Below the pieces are notes generated by a model, which was not told the DNA's origin, ran no database searches, and saw nothing but the letters and a program-made list of their open reading frames with translations. From Plasmodiophora brassicae (Eukaryota), in assembly GCA_036867785.1 (NCBI GenBank), contig CP145411.1:744001-808000 (forward strand): DNA of 64,000 bases. Direction: 5' to 3'. Below, piece by piece: positions 48,963-60,400 of this stretch. Positions within the stretch are counted from its first letter, which is position 1, and each line of letters starts with the position of its first letter. The translations under genes were made by a program, and so were the position numbers.

Positions 48963-50694
48963 ATGCCGCCGTCGTCTTCGTTCGAGTCGACGTTCGTGCA
49001 CCGGCCCGAGATCGCGCTGTCGCAGGCGGAGATCGGCCTGCGCCACGTCCGCGAGGTGTCGGCCGTCCTGCTGAAGTGCGCTACGCTCGAGGAATCGCAT
49101 TGTCAGAAGGTGACATCGCTGCTCGGCGATGCGCTCGGAAAGATACAAGGGCATGGCACTGGTACAGAAGATGCCATGACGACTTTGCATTGTGCAATGC
49201 AAGGCGTTCTGCATGCGTACTTGCAGGCGGCGAAGCTGCGCGTGGATATGGCGCGACGATTCGCCGAACAGGTCGGCGCACCACTGGAACGATTCCACAA
49301 AGATGGGTGCGCTCGAGTGAAACAGCTGTCGAAGCGTGAGAAAGACGAGAAGAGCCAGCTGGAGGCGGCGAAATCGGCGTTACAGAAGCAGCGGGCCAAG
49401 TGCCTGCAATTGCACGAGTCGACACAGACAGCGCCGCCTGATGCCGATGCTGACAAGCAATCGTCGAGATTGTTTCGTCTTGCCGGCACTCTGGGAGCTC
49501 GGCCGTTGACGGCAGCGGAAGCAGGCGACAAGTTGGATCGAGAGTCGGAGATCTACGATGAGATGCTTACGGCCACCTCGGCTCAGCAGGACAAGTATTT
49601 CGACGTATGCTTGCCTGAGATCCTGTCTAGCCTGCATTGTTTGGAACTGGACCGCGGCACAATTCTTTCGAATCAGCTTCGGATCGCCGCTTCCGAATTG
49701 CATTCTCTTGCCAATGCTACCAATGAGGAAGCGTCCATTCTGGATGGTCTGTGCGCCGCAATTGACATTAACAAGGACGTGCAGTCCTTCATAGATGACA
49801 CGAACGCGTTGATCAAGTAGGGAGCTGCTCCGCTATCTTGTACTTCACTAACGACTGGAAACTCAGAAACAATACTCAGACCCATACGCGGACGAAGAGC
49901 GAGTTCGTTTACGATCTCCCGGTTAGCCAGCCCAGCTCAATATTCAGGTGTGTTCATAGTATGACAAACTTGGTCGTGGCTCTGATGTGGTCAACGCATC
50001 AGGAAACCTCTCGAAGCACTGGTCGCTGCCAATGGCGGCTTAGAACCGCAACTGCTCCTCTGTCTGACAGATCGACTTCGACATCTAGGGGCCCTCAAAT
50101 CAACCGAGGGTATCTTTCGAGTATCCGCTGACAAGAGCGAAATTATGACATTGAAGAGACAAGTATCAAGGGTATTGATCTCGCGATACTCTGCACTGAA
50201 CTGTGTCTTTTCCAGATTGAAACCCGTTCCTCCATACCTGACGTTGTTTCGCAGTGCGGTTCCGTCCACGTTCTCGCGGGCCTGATCAAAGATTGGCTTC
50301 GAAGCTTGCCTGAACCTGTTATCCCGGTTGCCTGCTACGAGGAGGTCCTGAGGATAGGCAGCGCTGCACCTGCCGAACAACCTGCTCTCATATCTCAGTT
50401 CTGGTCAAGTGGCGCTGTACCGCCGCCCAATAAGGTCGTCTTACGCCATCTGAAGTCAGTCGTCGATGAGGTTGTCGCATCGGTAATACGCACTGTGGCG
50501 CAGCTCTGACGTCAGATGCACAGGTCAGCGCGGCCGTGGAACAAACGCGCATGACCGCCTACAACATGTCCGTCTGCCTAACGCCCTGCCTTATCCGACC
50601 GCCAAGCGTCATCCCAGCGGCAACGCTCATATCGAACAACAGAGTCGAGGTCGCCTTCGCCCAAGCACTGTTCACGTCCGACTCGCTACCGTAG
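48963..50694 (+). CDS. F-BAR plus RhoGAP protein (multi-exon)
   Basis: FCH-like helical N-terminus; EGIFRVS, LAGLIKDWLRSLPEPVIP, RMTAYNMSVCLTPCL. Confidence 0.82.
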
Positions 50695-50857
50695 CTTTCT
50701 ATAACATTGAATAGTCTACCTACCACACACCACTCCATACCCTGGCCACCAGTCACCGTATACGTGCGACGTGAAATGCGCTCGTTCGGGACGACCTATG
50801 TTCTGTATTCGGGTGAGTTATTTTCAGTCGTGCGGAACCCTACAGGCAGCCGCGACA

Positions 50858-51585
50858 ATGACGGCGGCAGCTGCAGGGCGCGACCGCGTCGTTTTGTTTG
50901 CCCGTCATGTCCAGACCTGGGCCGACTATCTGGCGGCGCACCCGGTGCCCACGCCGCCCGTCCCTCGATCCAGGCCGTTCTCCCATTCGGCGAACAGCTT
51001 CGTTGGCGCTTGGCACGGTGGTTCTCGTTGCTCGTTCCTGGACGGGATTTCGCATTATAACGGTGTTGCACAGGCGATATCACCGCACTCGGGGTCCATT
51101 CGATCGCATTCGGTTCGAATGCCGGCTTGGTCCCGCGTCGAGGTGCATCACGAGTCCTGTTCAACGCGGCCGGGTCTGACACCGTCAAGGACTGTCGTCA
51201 AAAGCGGCCTTGTCCGCTTGGGCATGTCGCTGTGACGACGGCCGGTCATCTGCCATGTAAGAATCTGGTGCACATGGCGCTACCTGACACGTACGATCGG
51301 GATACGGTCGTGTCCGCGTATGGCAATGCGCTAACATGCATGCCGAAACACCGGATCGAGGAGATGGCGTTCGCGTCCTTATCGTCGACCATGTTCGGTG
51401 CGGACGACGACGAGCTCGCCGAGGTACGTGTGCAGGCAATTCGCGACTGGGTCGACAAGAACCTCTATGGCAAACGGCAATCTGTGGATCGCGTCATCCT
51501 GGCGGCTAAGGACCCGCAGGAGTATGATCGACTCATCCGGCTCCTGTTCGCGTACTTTCCGCCCCAGGATACATCACAATTGTAA
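50858..51585 (+). CDS. Macrodomain protein (MacroD/GDAP2-like, divergent)
   Basis: W/GDITAL, LFNAAG, VTTAGHLPCKNLVHM, MAFASLSSTMFG. Confidence 0.75.
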
Positions 51586-51673
51586 CATAGATACATCCAT
51601 AGCAGTATATACAATACCTGGTCGACGGGCACCCTCATCGATTCCGGCCGTCTCTCGGCGGCATGTGGCTCCG

Positions 51674-52564
51674 ATGCGCTCCGAAGCCTGGCGGGTTCCG
51701 GTGCCGCTGATCGGAACAGAAATGGTATCCGCCGTCCCAGTGCAGTTGTCCTGCCCGATATGCTTGAGGGTCATGCTGCCGGACGACCTGTCGACGTGCA
51801 ACCACGGGCACAGTTTCTGTGAATCGTGCATCCAGCGGTGGCTGGATCGCCAGTCGACTTGCCCGATCGATCGTGCGCAGCTGGTCAGGGCGGACCTATC
51901 GCCGAACTTCCTGGCGCGATCGCTCTTGACATGCGTTCACGTTCGCTGCCCATCGTCGTCGTGCACATGGACTGGGACGCCAGCGCATCTTCGCGTTCAC
52001 GAAGAGCGATGCGAGCACGTACACAACCCTGGCTGCGCCGTTGGAGCGACCCGGTATGATGAGGACGGTGCTGGTGACGACGGATCGATATTCGAAGGCT
52101 TCGCCTGTCTGCGCATGTCCCACATCTATCGAATGGTGGATGTGCTCCTTCAGAGAAGCGATCAGGTGACGTTAGAGCGAACATTCCACTGGAGCATCGG
52201 CGCGGATTCACTCATGAACCTCGACCTAAGCGGTTCCGTTCGTTCACAAGAGTTCGACCTTGCCGGACAGCAATTTCAGCTGGAGGTCTTGCGGAAAGCT
52301 GATTCGTTCAGCGTGTACGTGATCCTCATCCAACGACTGTGCGTGTACCGAGTCGTTAAATTCAAGTTCAAGGTCGCTGGTGTAACTGGATGGACGCCGG
52401 AATGCGAACTATTATGCACCAAATCCTCGTTCGGCGATGGGCGAGGACTCGACAACGTGATACCCGTCAGGCACCTGGAGCAGGCCAAAGTTGACCGAAT
52501 CGCGCTGAAGGTGCGCATCGCCATTGGGCCAGAGCGAACCCCAATCAAATTAAAGTCAGCATAG
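51674..52564 (+). CDS. TRAF-like protein (RING, zinc finger, MATH)
   Basis: CPIC...CNHGHSFCESC...CPID; CPSSSCTWTG...H...C; FHWSI...SQEFDLAGQQFQL. Confidence 0.82.
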   Translation: MRSEAWRVPVPLIGTEMVSAVPVQLSCPICLRVMLPDDLSTCNHGHSFCESCIQRWLDRQSTCPIDRAQLVRADLSPNFLARSLLTCVHVRCPSSSCTWTGTPAHLRVHEERCEHVHNPGCAVGATRYDEDGAGDDGSIFEGFACLRMSHIYRMVDVLLQRSDQVTLERTFHWSIGADSLMNLDLSGSVRSQEFDLAGQQFQLEVLRKADSFSVYVILIQRLCVYRVVKFKFKVAGVTGWTPECELLCTKSSFGDGRGLDNVIPVRHLEQAKVDRIALKVRIAIGPERTPIKLKSA

Positions 52565-53789
52565 TCGATGATCCAGTAAACAATCTGCGGCGCTGTTCGC
52601 AGAGTAGGACGACGACAGGACATCAGGCGACGAAGCAGCGTCATGTTCTTCGCCAATACGCTCACGTCTTTCCTTCCACTTCGCCGCGCCCAACTATTTC
52701 CTGGAACAGGCACACCATCACATGGTCGTCGCCATTCGTTGGTATAGCACCATTTGAAAGCCCTCGGATTCACATGCCTCGGGAATGGGAATTGACTGAC
52801 CTCAGGATCTGCCACAGTGGCTGGAGTGGTTCAAAGTCATGTGGCGTGGTTAGAGAAACATGCATCCAGAACCAGCGGGTGGCAGTACGGCGCTCTAGCA
52901 ACGTAACTGATCGATCCGCCACTCATGCAGCGCACCTCAGATGCCTCCGCCGCCAGCACACGCTCTGAATATTGTAATGTGAGAGCAGAGAGACCCCGCT
53001 GGGCAAACGATTCGGCGCGGTGCAGTCAGGGCACGCGACTTGGACGTCGTACATAGCCCGGGTTCCAGAAAATGCCGTTTTCGGCGACCCAGGTCGCCGT
53101 CCGAAGGCCCGGCTGATTCCGAAGGAAGGCCTGGAGAAGGAATGTCCCTTGACGCAAGAATTGGGCATACCGGAGCGTACGAAGATGAACAGAGCATGAG
53201 CGAAAGATGGAAATCAGGCTGGCGTCGGTATCGATAGCTACATATCCCGACATGGCCACGGACTGCGATAACTGGAGGGACGACCACTCACACGGACTGC
53301 GCGGGTACCGCCAAAACCAGGCCTCGGACTCCGGGACGGCGTTGCCCCTGAGCTGGTTGTTGACCATACCTCGCGCATCGTGTCGCATCTGCTGTCTGCG
53401 ATACGCCAACCTCTATTGGATTATGCAGACTAGCCAGTCTCATGAATACTGCTTGACGGCACTGAAGGCGGAGTTGGACCGGCTTGGCTTCGATCGAAAT
53501 GATTTCGCGGGCTCGCTGAATCGCAATATGCAGTCTGTTGAGGAAGTGTTTGCGATTATCGACAATTTCCTGGAGCGATGGCCGAAATGTGGGATTGTTG
53601 GAATGTACCGTACGAACTGCTCCAACATCTATCCAACGTTGACGTTGTTGAGCTCCCGGTCGTACCCATGTCGAGATCATCGGCTCATGTCACTGATTCG
53701 ACGACTGAGACGATGCAACCCGCTGCGGACGCTCTCCGACGTAAGCATGCTGTTGTCGACATTGTGGACGTACCCGCTTGTTGGACATC

Positions 53790-54868
53790 TTGTTCACGTA
53801 CAAGGCCGCCTTCACATCAACAGGTCTGTTGTCCAGTTGGACACTGTCGCAGCATGATGCGTCGCGACAGTCTGCAATACCATATTGAGTCACAGCATTG
53901 CCATGTTCAAGTGGTGAACTCGAAAGGCAAACGGGCATCCAGTTCCACTTCCCAAACCTCGATCTTCAACTTCTTCAAGAAGCCACGTTTGGAGAACGAG
54001 CCCATCGCGATTGAAAGTGGAGGTATATATTCCTATGTAAGCATGCATGCACGATCTAGTTTCTGATATCATGTAATTTGTAGAAATTAATGCAGTGCTT
54101 GAGGAGAAATCATCTTGCCTGAATGTCCCTGTTGCTAATCCCTCTGCTCGCGTCGGCCGGACTGGATGTGTCTGCTCCAAATTTGCCGTTCGCCCAGGAA
54201 TCTGCTGGCTTCTCTTCTGATCGTCATGATTCGTTCTCAAGTGCTAACCAACCCCCTCATCATCCAGCTACTTCCTCATGTGCTGGCCAATCTCCTAACT
54301 GTCGTGGCTCCTCATCATGTGCTGACCCATCCTCTGATGGTTCTGCCACTCCTTCCGATCATCCGGCCCTCGGTCTTCCTCATGGTTCGATGCTGAAAGG
54401 GATTTCGCTACAGTACGGCGGCAATCAAGGGCGGCGTTGCACTTCCCGTTTTACCAGTTATGATTGAGCAACTCGAGACACTGAGGCTTCGACTTGTTTC
54501 CAAATCGAGAAGTGCCGGGTGGTGCGGGAGCGTCATCCGCGGCCAACCAGGCACCAGTATTCTGAAACATGTCTTTACCGATGAGAATATCTAGGATGGA
54601 ATCCCGGATATATTGTACTTGCTCCAACACTCTGAAGATCGGGAACGAGGCTGTTGTCGAGGGAATGGGGTGCGTCATCAGTCGCCACGCAGCTGCCGGC
54701 CGCCATTTGTCGCCTGAGACTGTGGCCGACGAGGCCTTCATTGATTACAATGGCCCGGCGCCCACAAATGCCGACAGCATTCTCAGTGACGTCCTCGACA
54801 TGTACTTCAAGGATAACAAGCACCACATTTCGCAGACGTCGTACGGACGTCTCACTTCGCGGTAACAG
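53790..54868 (+). mobile_element. Degenerate hAT-like DNA transposase remnant
   Basis: C2H2 CPVGHC...HIESQH, PIP-like QTSIFNFFKK, and EAVVEGMG...R.L...IDYNGP resembling the hAT dimerisation end; frames are broken. Confidence 0.45.
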
Positions 54869-55473
54869 GTAAAGTGGTTTCCCGCATGCTTGCCCGTCGG
54901 GATGCGAAGATCCTGAATTTGGAGTCGTCCAAATAAACTTTACCGAGCATTGCCGGGGTAACGTCTGCACTATGGCGCATGATACACTTACCCTATTCCG
55001 AAGGACCGGCTGGCACCCATCCGAAGGCCGACGATGGGGAATAGCCTTCGGACGGAGGCCGACTCGAAAAGCACTTTCTGGAAGCCGGTACATAGCACGG
55101 TCAGCGCACGTGTGGCCGCCGAAACGACATAATAGGTACATAGTTCCAGTTTCCAGACCCTTCGTCAACGACGTGTCTCGATTCTAGCCTGACGTGCGCC
55201 TCGACGCGACCCACATTCGGCAACATTGGATTCGCAACCAGAATCGTTCTCCCCGCTGTCGGGTGGGGAAGACATGCTCGCTCGCCTTGGTGCTGCAGGT
55301 CGCTGTGCCAGATTAGTTGATGGTGCTCGGTTCTATGAGGACTATTGGTGTTGGCTGGTGCCCACTGTTGCAATGATTGTGCCAAGACGGGTATGGTGGC
55401 TTGGATGCATCGCTGACTAGGCACTAGTGACTACAACAGCCATATGTAAATAATACATGATCCTGGTCGTTAA

Positions 55474-56310
55474 TCAGCTGATCATGCAGCAAGTGCCGCT
55501 ATCGTTGCGCTCATCGAGCTTATCGAACTTATCGACGATCGGCCCCAGCATCGCCTTCACGACGTAGTCGCCGAATGAGAACCTGAACGACGAACCCTGG
55601 ACCTTCAAGATCTCGGCCCGCTCTGACCGATAGTCATCTGTGACATCCACTCGGTCGAACTTCCCATCCATCTTGTTCAGGTACGCGACCTCGTCGTCGT
55701 TATCGGTGCACGCCAGGAACGACACATACACGTTCTTCGGCAATGTCTTAATGCACTGCTGGAACCCGCGAACGTCGTCGTTGCCTTGTCGGTCGGTCGG
55801 CGCACCGTCGGTGGCAATCACGAGCAGGACCGGTTTGCTCTCGCCGAGGGCTTGTATTTTCTGTCGCAGAATGAGCTGGACGGCTGCGGTCAGTGGTGTA
55901 AACCCAGTGGGTCCTGTGCGGAACGCCTCTGCGACCTGCGCCGCCGACCTGACATTGTAGCAGGGCGCCCGATTCAGGAAGTACACGTCAACGCCGTTCT
56001 CATCGAAGCACGTGCCGAAATCGACGATCACCGCGACCGTCTCGCGAAGTTCATCCCAGCGTGCCTTCCTGTGCGCAAACGGGTCACGCCCTGCCACGTG
56101 GTCGTCGCCCAGCGTCCGCGACATGGACCCGGAATCGTCGCACAGGAGGACGATCTCAAAGTTCTCCAGCTGGCGCAGGTCGCGGCAGAAGTCATCGCGG
56201 ATCTCGTACTGCGCCGCCAGCGAGCGGAACCGCTCCATGCGGTCATCGGGCACGACCACCGATTCGTACGGCGGCGGCTGATAACCCATGGCCTGCGGAC
56301 GAGAACCCAT
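55474..56310 (-). CDS. VWA-domain protein with C-terminal CAAX, paralog A
   Basis: MIDAS DDSGSM, TPL, ATDG; ends CCMIS*; intronless. Confidence 0.85.
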   Translation of the reverse strand: MGSRPQAMGYQPPPYESVVVPDDRMERFRSLAAQYEIRDDFCRDLRQLENFEIVLLCDDSGSMSRTLGDDHVAGRDPFAHRKARWDELRETVAVIVDFGTCFDENGVDVYFLNRAPCYNVRSAAQVAEAFRTGPTGFTPLTAAVQLILRQKIQALGESKPVLLVIATDGAPTDRQGNDDVRGFQQCIKTLPKNVYVSFLACTDNDDEVAYLNKMDGKFDRVDVTDDYRSERAEILKVQGSSFRFSFGDYVVKAMLGPIVDKFDKLDERNDSGTCCMIS

Positions 56311-56450
56311 GACGCTTCGTAGCAATACACAAAAAAATTAAAAATATGCATGACGTGGCATGGACGAATGAATCCCTTTCCGCTGTGAGGCCTGCCGAAT
56401 GGACAAATCATCGCGTCCGCGTATACAATAGAAACGTGATCCAGTACTGG

Positions 56451-57254
56451 TCAGCTGATGAGGCAGCGACCGTGTCGGCGCTCGTCGAGCTGGTCGAACT
56501 TGGCGACACTCGGCCCGAGCATCGCCTTCACGATGTAGTCGCCGAACGAGAACCGGAACGACTGCCCCTGGACCTTCAGGATCTGGGCCCGCTCGGATCG
56601 ATAATCATCTGAAACGTCCACCCGCTCGAATTTCCCGTCCATCTTGTTCAGGTATGCGACCTCGTCGTCGTTATCGGTACAGGCCAGGAACGAGACGTAG
56701 ACGTTCTTTGGCAATGCCTTGATGCACTGCTGGAACCCGCGCACGTCATCATTGCCTTCCCGGTCGGTCGGCGCACCATCGGTGGCGATCACCAGCAAGA
56801 TGGGTTTGTTCTCGCGGAGGACGTGCGCCTTTTGTTGTAGAACGAGCTGGACGGCCGCAGTTAGCGGTGTGAACCCGTTGGGCCCTGCACGAAACGCTTC
56901 CGCGACCTGTGCCGACGACCGGACGTTGTAGCAGGGCGCCCGGTTCAGAAAGTATACATCGACGCCGTTGGCGTCAAGGCACGTGCCAATATCGACGATC
57001 ACCGAGGCCGCCTCGCGTAATTCGTCCCAGCGTGTCTTCTTGGGTGCGAACGGGCCCGCCGCCCCATGGTCATCCAGCGTCCGCGACATGGACCCGGAAT
57101 CATCGCAGACGACGATAATCTCGAAGTTGTCCAGCTGGCGCAGGTCCCTGCAGAAATCCTCGCGGATCTCGTACCGTGCGGCCAGGGCGCGGAACCGCTC
57201 CATACGGTCATCGGCAGCGACCGCCGAATCGTACGGCGGCGGCTGGGAACCCAT
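56451..57254 (-). CDS. VWA-domain protein with C-terminal CAAX, paralog B
   Basis: Close tandem paralog of A; ends RCLIS*. Confidence 0.85.
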   Translation of the reverse strand: MGSQPPPYDSAVAADDRMERFRALAARYEIREDFCRDLRQLDNFEIIVVCDDSGSMSRTLDDHGAAGPFAPKKTRWDELREAASVIVDIGTCLDANGVDVYFLNRAPCYNVRSSAQVAEAFRAGPNGFTPLTAAVQLVLQQKAHVLRENKPILLVIATDGAPTDREGNDDVRGFQQCIKALPKNVYVSFLACTDNDDEVAYLNKMDGKFERVDVSDDYRSERAQILKVQGQSFRFSFGDYIVKAMLGPSVAKFDQLDERRHGRCLIS

Positions 57255-57495
57255 CAGTCACCTGGCGACCGATGATGGACAGCGCCCGATGTTCCAGACA
57301 AACCCAAAAAAGTCGTGCCACCGTGTTGTGACATGCAGAACGCGGAGTCGTCGCTACTTTCTGCGATCATCTTCTTTATATTCTGTACTACTGACGGGGG
57401 GCGTCGGACGGCGTTCTGAACGAGCAGTCCAATGCCCGGCAGACGGCGGTCGCTGAGCGTACGGTCCTAAGCTAACCATTTGCCTGCATGATCGT

Positions 57496-60400
57496 ATGCC
57501 GTCGAGGTTGCATGGGCCGCACCGGCGGGTGTCGTCGTCGCTGGCCCGTCCGGGAAAGCACTTTCGAGGGGCGTCGGTGCCAGCACCCCCACCGTTGCCG
57601 GCGCCGGCGCCGACATCGCCAGTACCGATCGATGACCCGGATGCGTTCCAGCACCGTCTGCGCCTGCTAATGCAATGGGGGCGGTACCAGGCGCTGGTCG
57701 ACCTGTGCGTGGAGACGATGAGAACACGGACGCTGCCGGGCGCCGCCCAGGCCACGCTCGGGATCGCCTATCGTCGGCTCGGGCACGTGACGCTGGCCAT
57801 ACCGACACTGACATCCGCCATCGAACTGCCTGATCACGATCCGGTCATCATCCTGCACGTTGCCCTGTGGGAGCGTTCGCAGGCATACGCTGAAATGGGC
57901 AACACCCTGAAATCTGGTATGGACCTGCGGTCATCACGGGCGTTATGCGCTTCCAGAGCGGAATGGGACGACTGCACTGTGCCGCGGATCATCAGCTGGT
58001 TTATCGGTACTCGCAGAGTGATGCATGTCGGCATGACGCTGAATCTGGGGCACAGGCAATGGCGACAACGTTGGGGCGTCCAGAGTGATCTCGGAGACGA
58101 TCTGGGCGGTTCGTGCATCGTGGAATCACGCCCCTCTCGATGTCGTTGTGGCCAATGCTATCCTAAAGAAGCTGGATGGCAACCGGGAACCTGTCGACGA
58201 AATGATCCGTATCCTGAAGGCGCGTTTGACTTCTACCGAAGGTGACGACGATGTCGACAGCGACAATAGAACTAATGCACAACTCTTCCTGGCAAGGGTA
58301 TGACAGGTTGAGACCCGAACGTTTGCATTGGAAATGACGATCACGACAGGAATGTCCAAACGATGGGCACATCGGGGACATCGAGGCCCTCGACGAGATC
58401 ATTCGTCGTAGGCGACGTCCTCATGCCTTGGCATTGTTTCGCCTGGCGAATGCGGCACTCACTGCTGGGCGTTGTGGAATTGCTGCACGGGCGCTTCGGT
58501 GCCTCAGTCGAATCAGCACCGACGATGACGCCGCTCTTCCATTAGTGCAGACGCAACTCTGGGAGTCGGCGTCCATGTCGCCGGACGATTTCCACCCGGA
58601 TCGACTCGCCTCCGCCATTCGAGTTCTCAGTGGCATCATCGAACGCTGTGGCATTGTCCCTGTCCTGATATGGTAACCTTTGGACTCTTGCTCAATGAGG
58701 GAACAGCTAGTAATCTCTTGATGACAGGCGCCGATCGAATTGGTATAGAGCGACGAGGCAGTGGGCACTGGCCGCGGCCGACCTCGACCTACTTGACCGG
58801 CTTGACCCGTCGTTCTTGGCGGCCCGGAAGGCTTCCGACGATTCCGAACTCTTCTGCTCGGAAACGTGTGTTCGCCTTCACAAGGCGCTCATTGTCGCTG
58901 CCTGCGAGCAGAACCCGATCCACGTATACGGTCGGTGCAATTGCACCTGTCGTTGTACACCGGGTTCATAACATTGTACCCTACAGTGTCTGAACTGCTT
59001 CGAGAGCGCTCCCCTTCGGTCGTGCTTGAAATGATGATCGTTCAGGCTGATATCACACGAGAGGCGGGCGACATTGTCGAAGCCCGACGAATGTATCGGC
59101 ACGTGCTGCACATCGATCCGAGCCATATCGGGGCGATTCGTGCGCTAATGCTGCTGGCGGCAACGACAAACACGTCGCTGGACGATCCAGAAGTGACGTC
59201 CCTGACGCAGATGGCGTTGCAGGAGTTACAACGGCGCTGGCGACGGCTGACGGCTAGCACCGGGCCGCGTACTACCACCATGCTGGCTGGCAAATCAGCA
59301 AGCGACGTATCGCGTGCGATCATTCGTGAGTTTCGGCGACTGGTGCCGACGGAACAGTCGGTACGTGTAACTACTCGCAGCCCACGATGGAGACGGTGCC
59401 TATGGACCGTTGTCGTCGCCAATCGATTCGCACGGTCTCGTCCCAGCAACGCTGCTCTACAACGACATCTGGTTGTCGTGCATGCTGCAGCAGTTGTGGG
59501 TCTGATCGGCCACGTCTTCCTTCACAGGGGCGACATTATCCCAGGCCGAGATCTTCTCCGCCTGTCGTTGAGGATGGACAGGACGCGGTCGGCGTCGATT
59601 GCGATGGCCGCCAACTTCAGCGCTGCTGTCCGGTTCGGAAACGCTCGGGACCTGTACCAGTCAGTTGACCAGGTCCATAGCGTCAACAATGGCCGTGGTG
59701 GCGTTCACCTTGATCTGATCATGTCGCCAACCATGACAATCATTCGACTTCCAGGAGATGTCCTCTCTATCCCTCCCGTTTGCATTGCCAGCAGTAACGA
59801 CAGCAACGACGGGGAACTTCCCCTGGACTGGTACGATCGCGCCATTGCAACGATGTGGAAGGCCGAGAACTGGCAGACTGCCTTCCTGAAGATCATGAAG
59901 CGAGGGCTTGATGTCAACGACGGTTTCAGTGACCCTTTGAACCGTCGTCTGGACCTTATGTTGACCAAGGGAGGCGTTCGTGCAACGACGACTTCTCGTA
60001 AGGGCATGGCGAGCGCGAAGCAGCGCCAAGAGGTCCTTCTGGAGAAGCGCAATCTGTCGTGGGAACTGGTAGATCGCTCGCAACGCTGGCAATCATTGCC
60101 ATCGACGACCTTGTGGGCACTGGCCGACTTGAATTTCGCCATCACCCTGTACGACCTTGCTGATGCGAGGATGGCCCGGGCCGCCTTATGTCGCCAGCTG
60201 CGTATGGCGCACACGGTTGTCCTTCAGGACATCCAACGGGCTATCACGATTCTGACTGAAAACCTCGCCAACGTTCGTGGATGGAGCGGGTCCAAGGCGA
60301 CCGGCCCTGCCATTCGTCTCACGATGGCCAAGTTGCAAGGCGCCAGAACGGTGGGGTTGATCGGGCGTCCGCTCTATTGCTGTTGCTGAACTATGCAACG

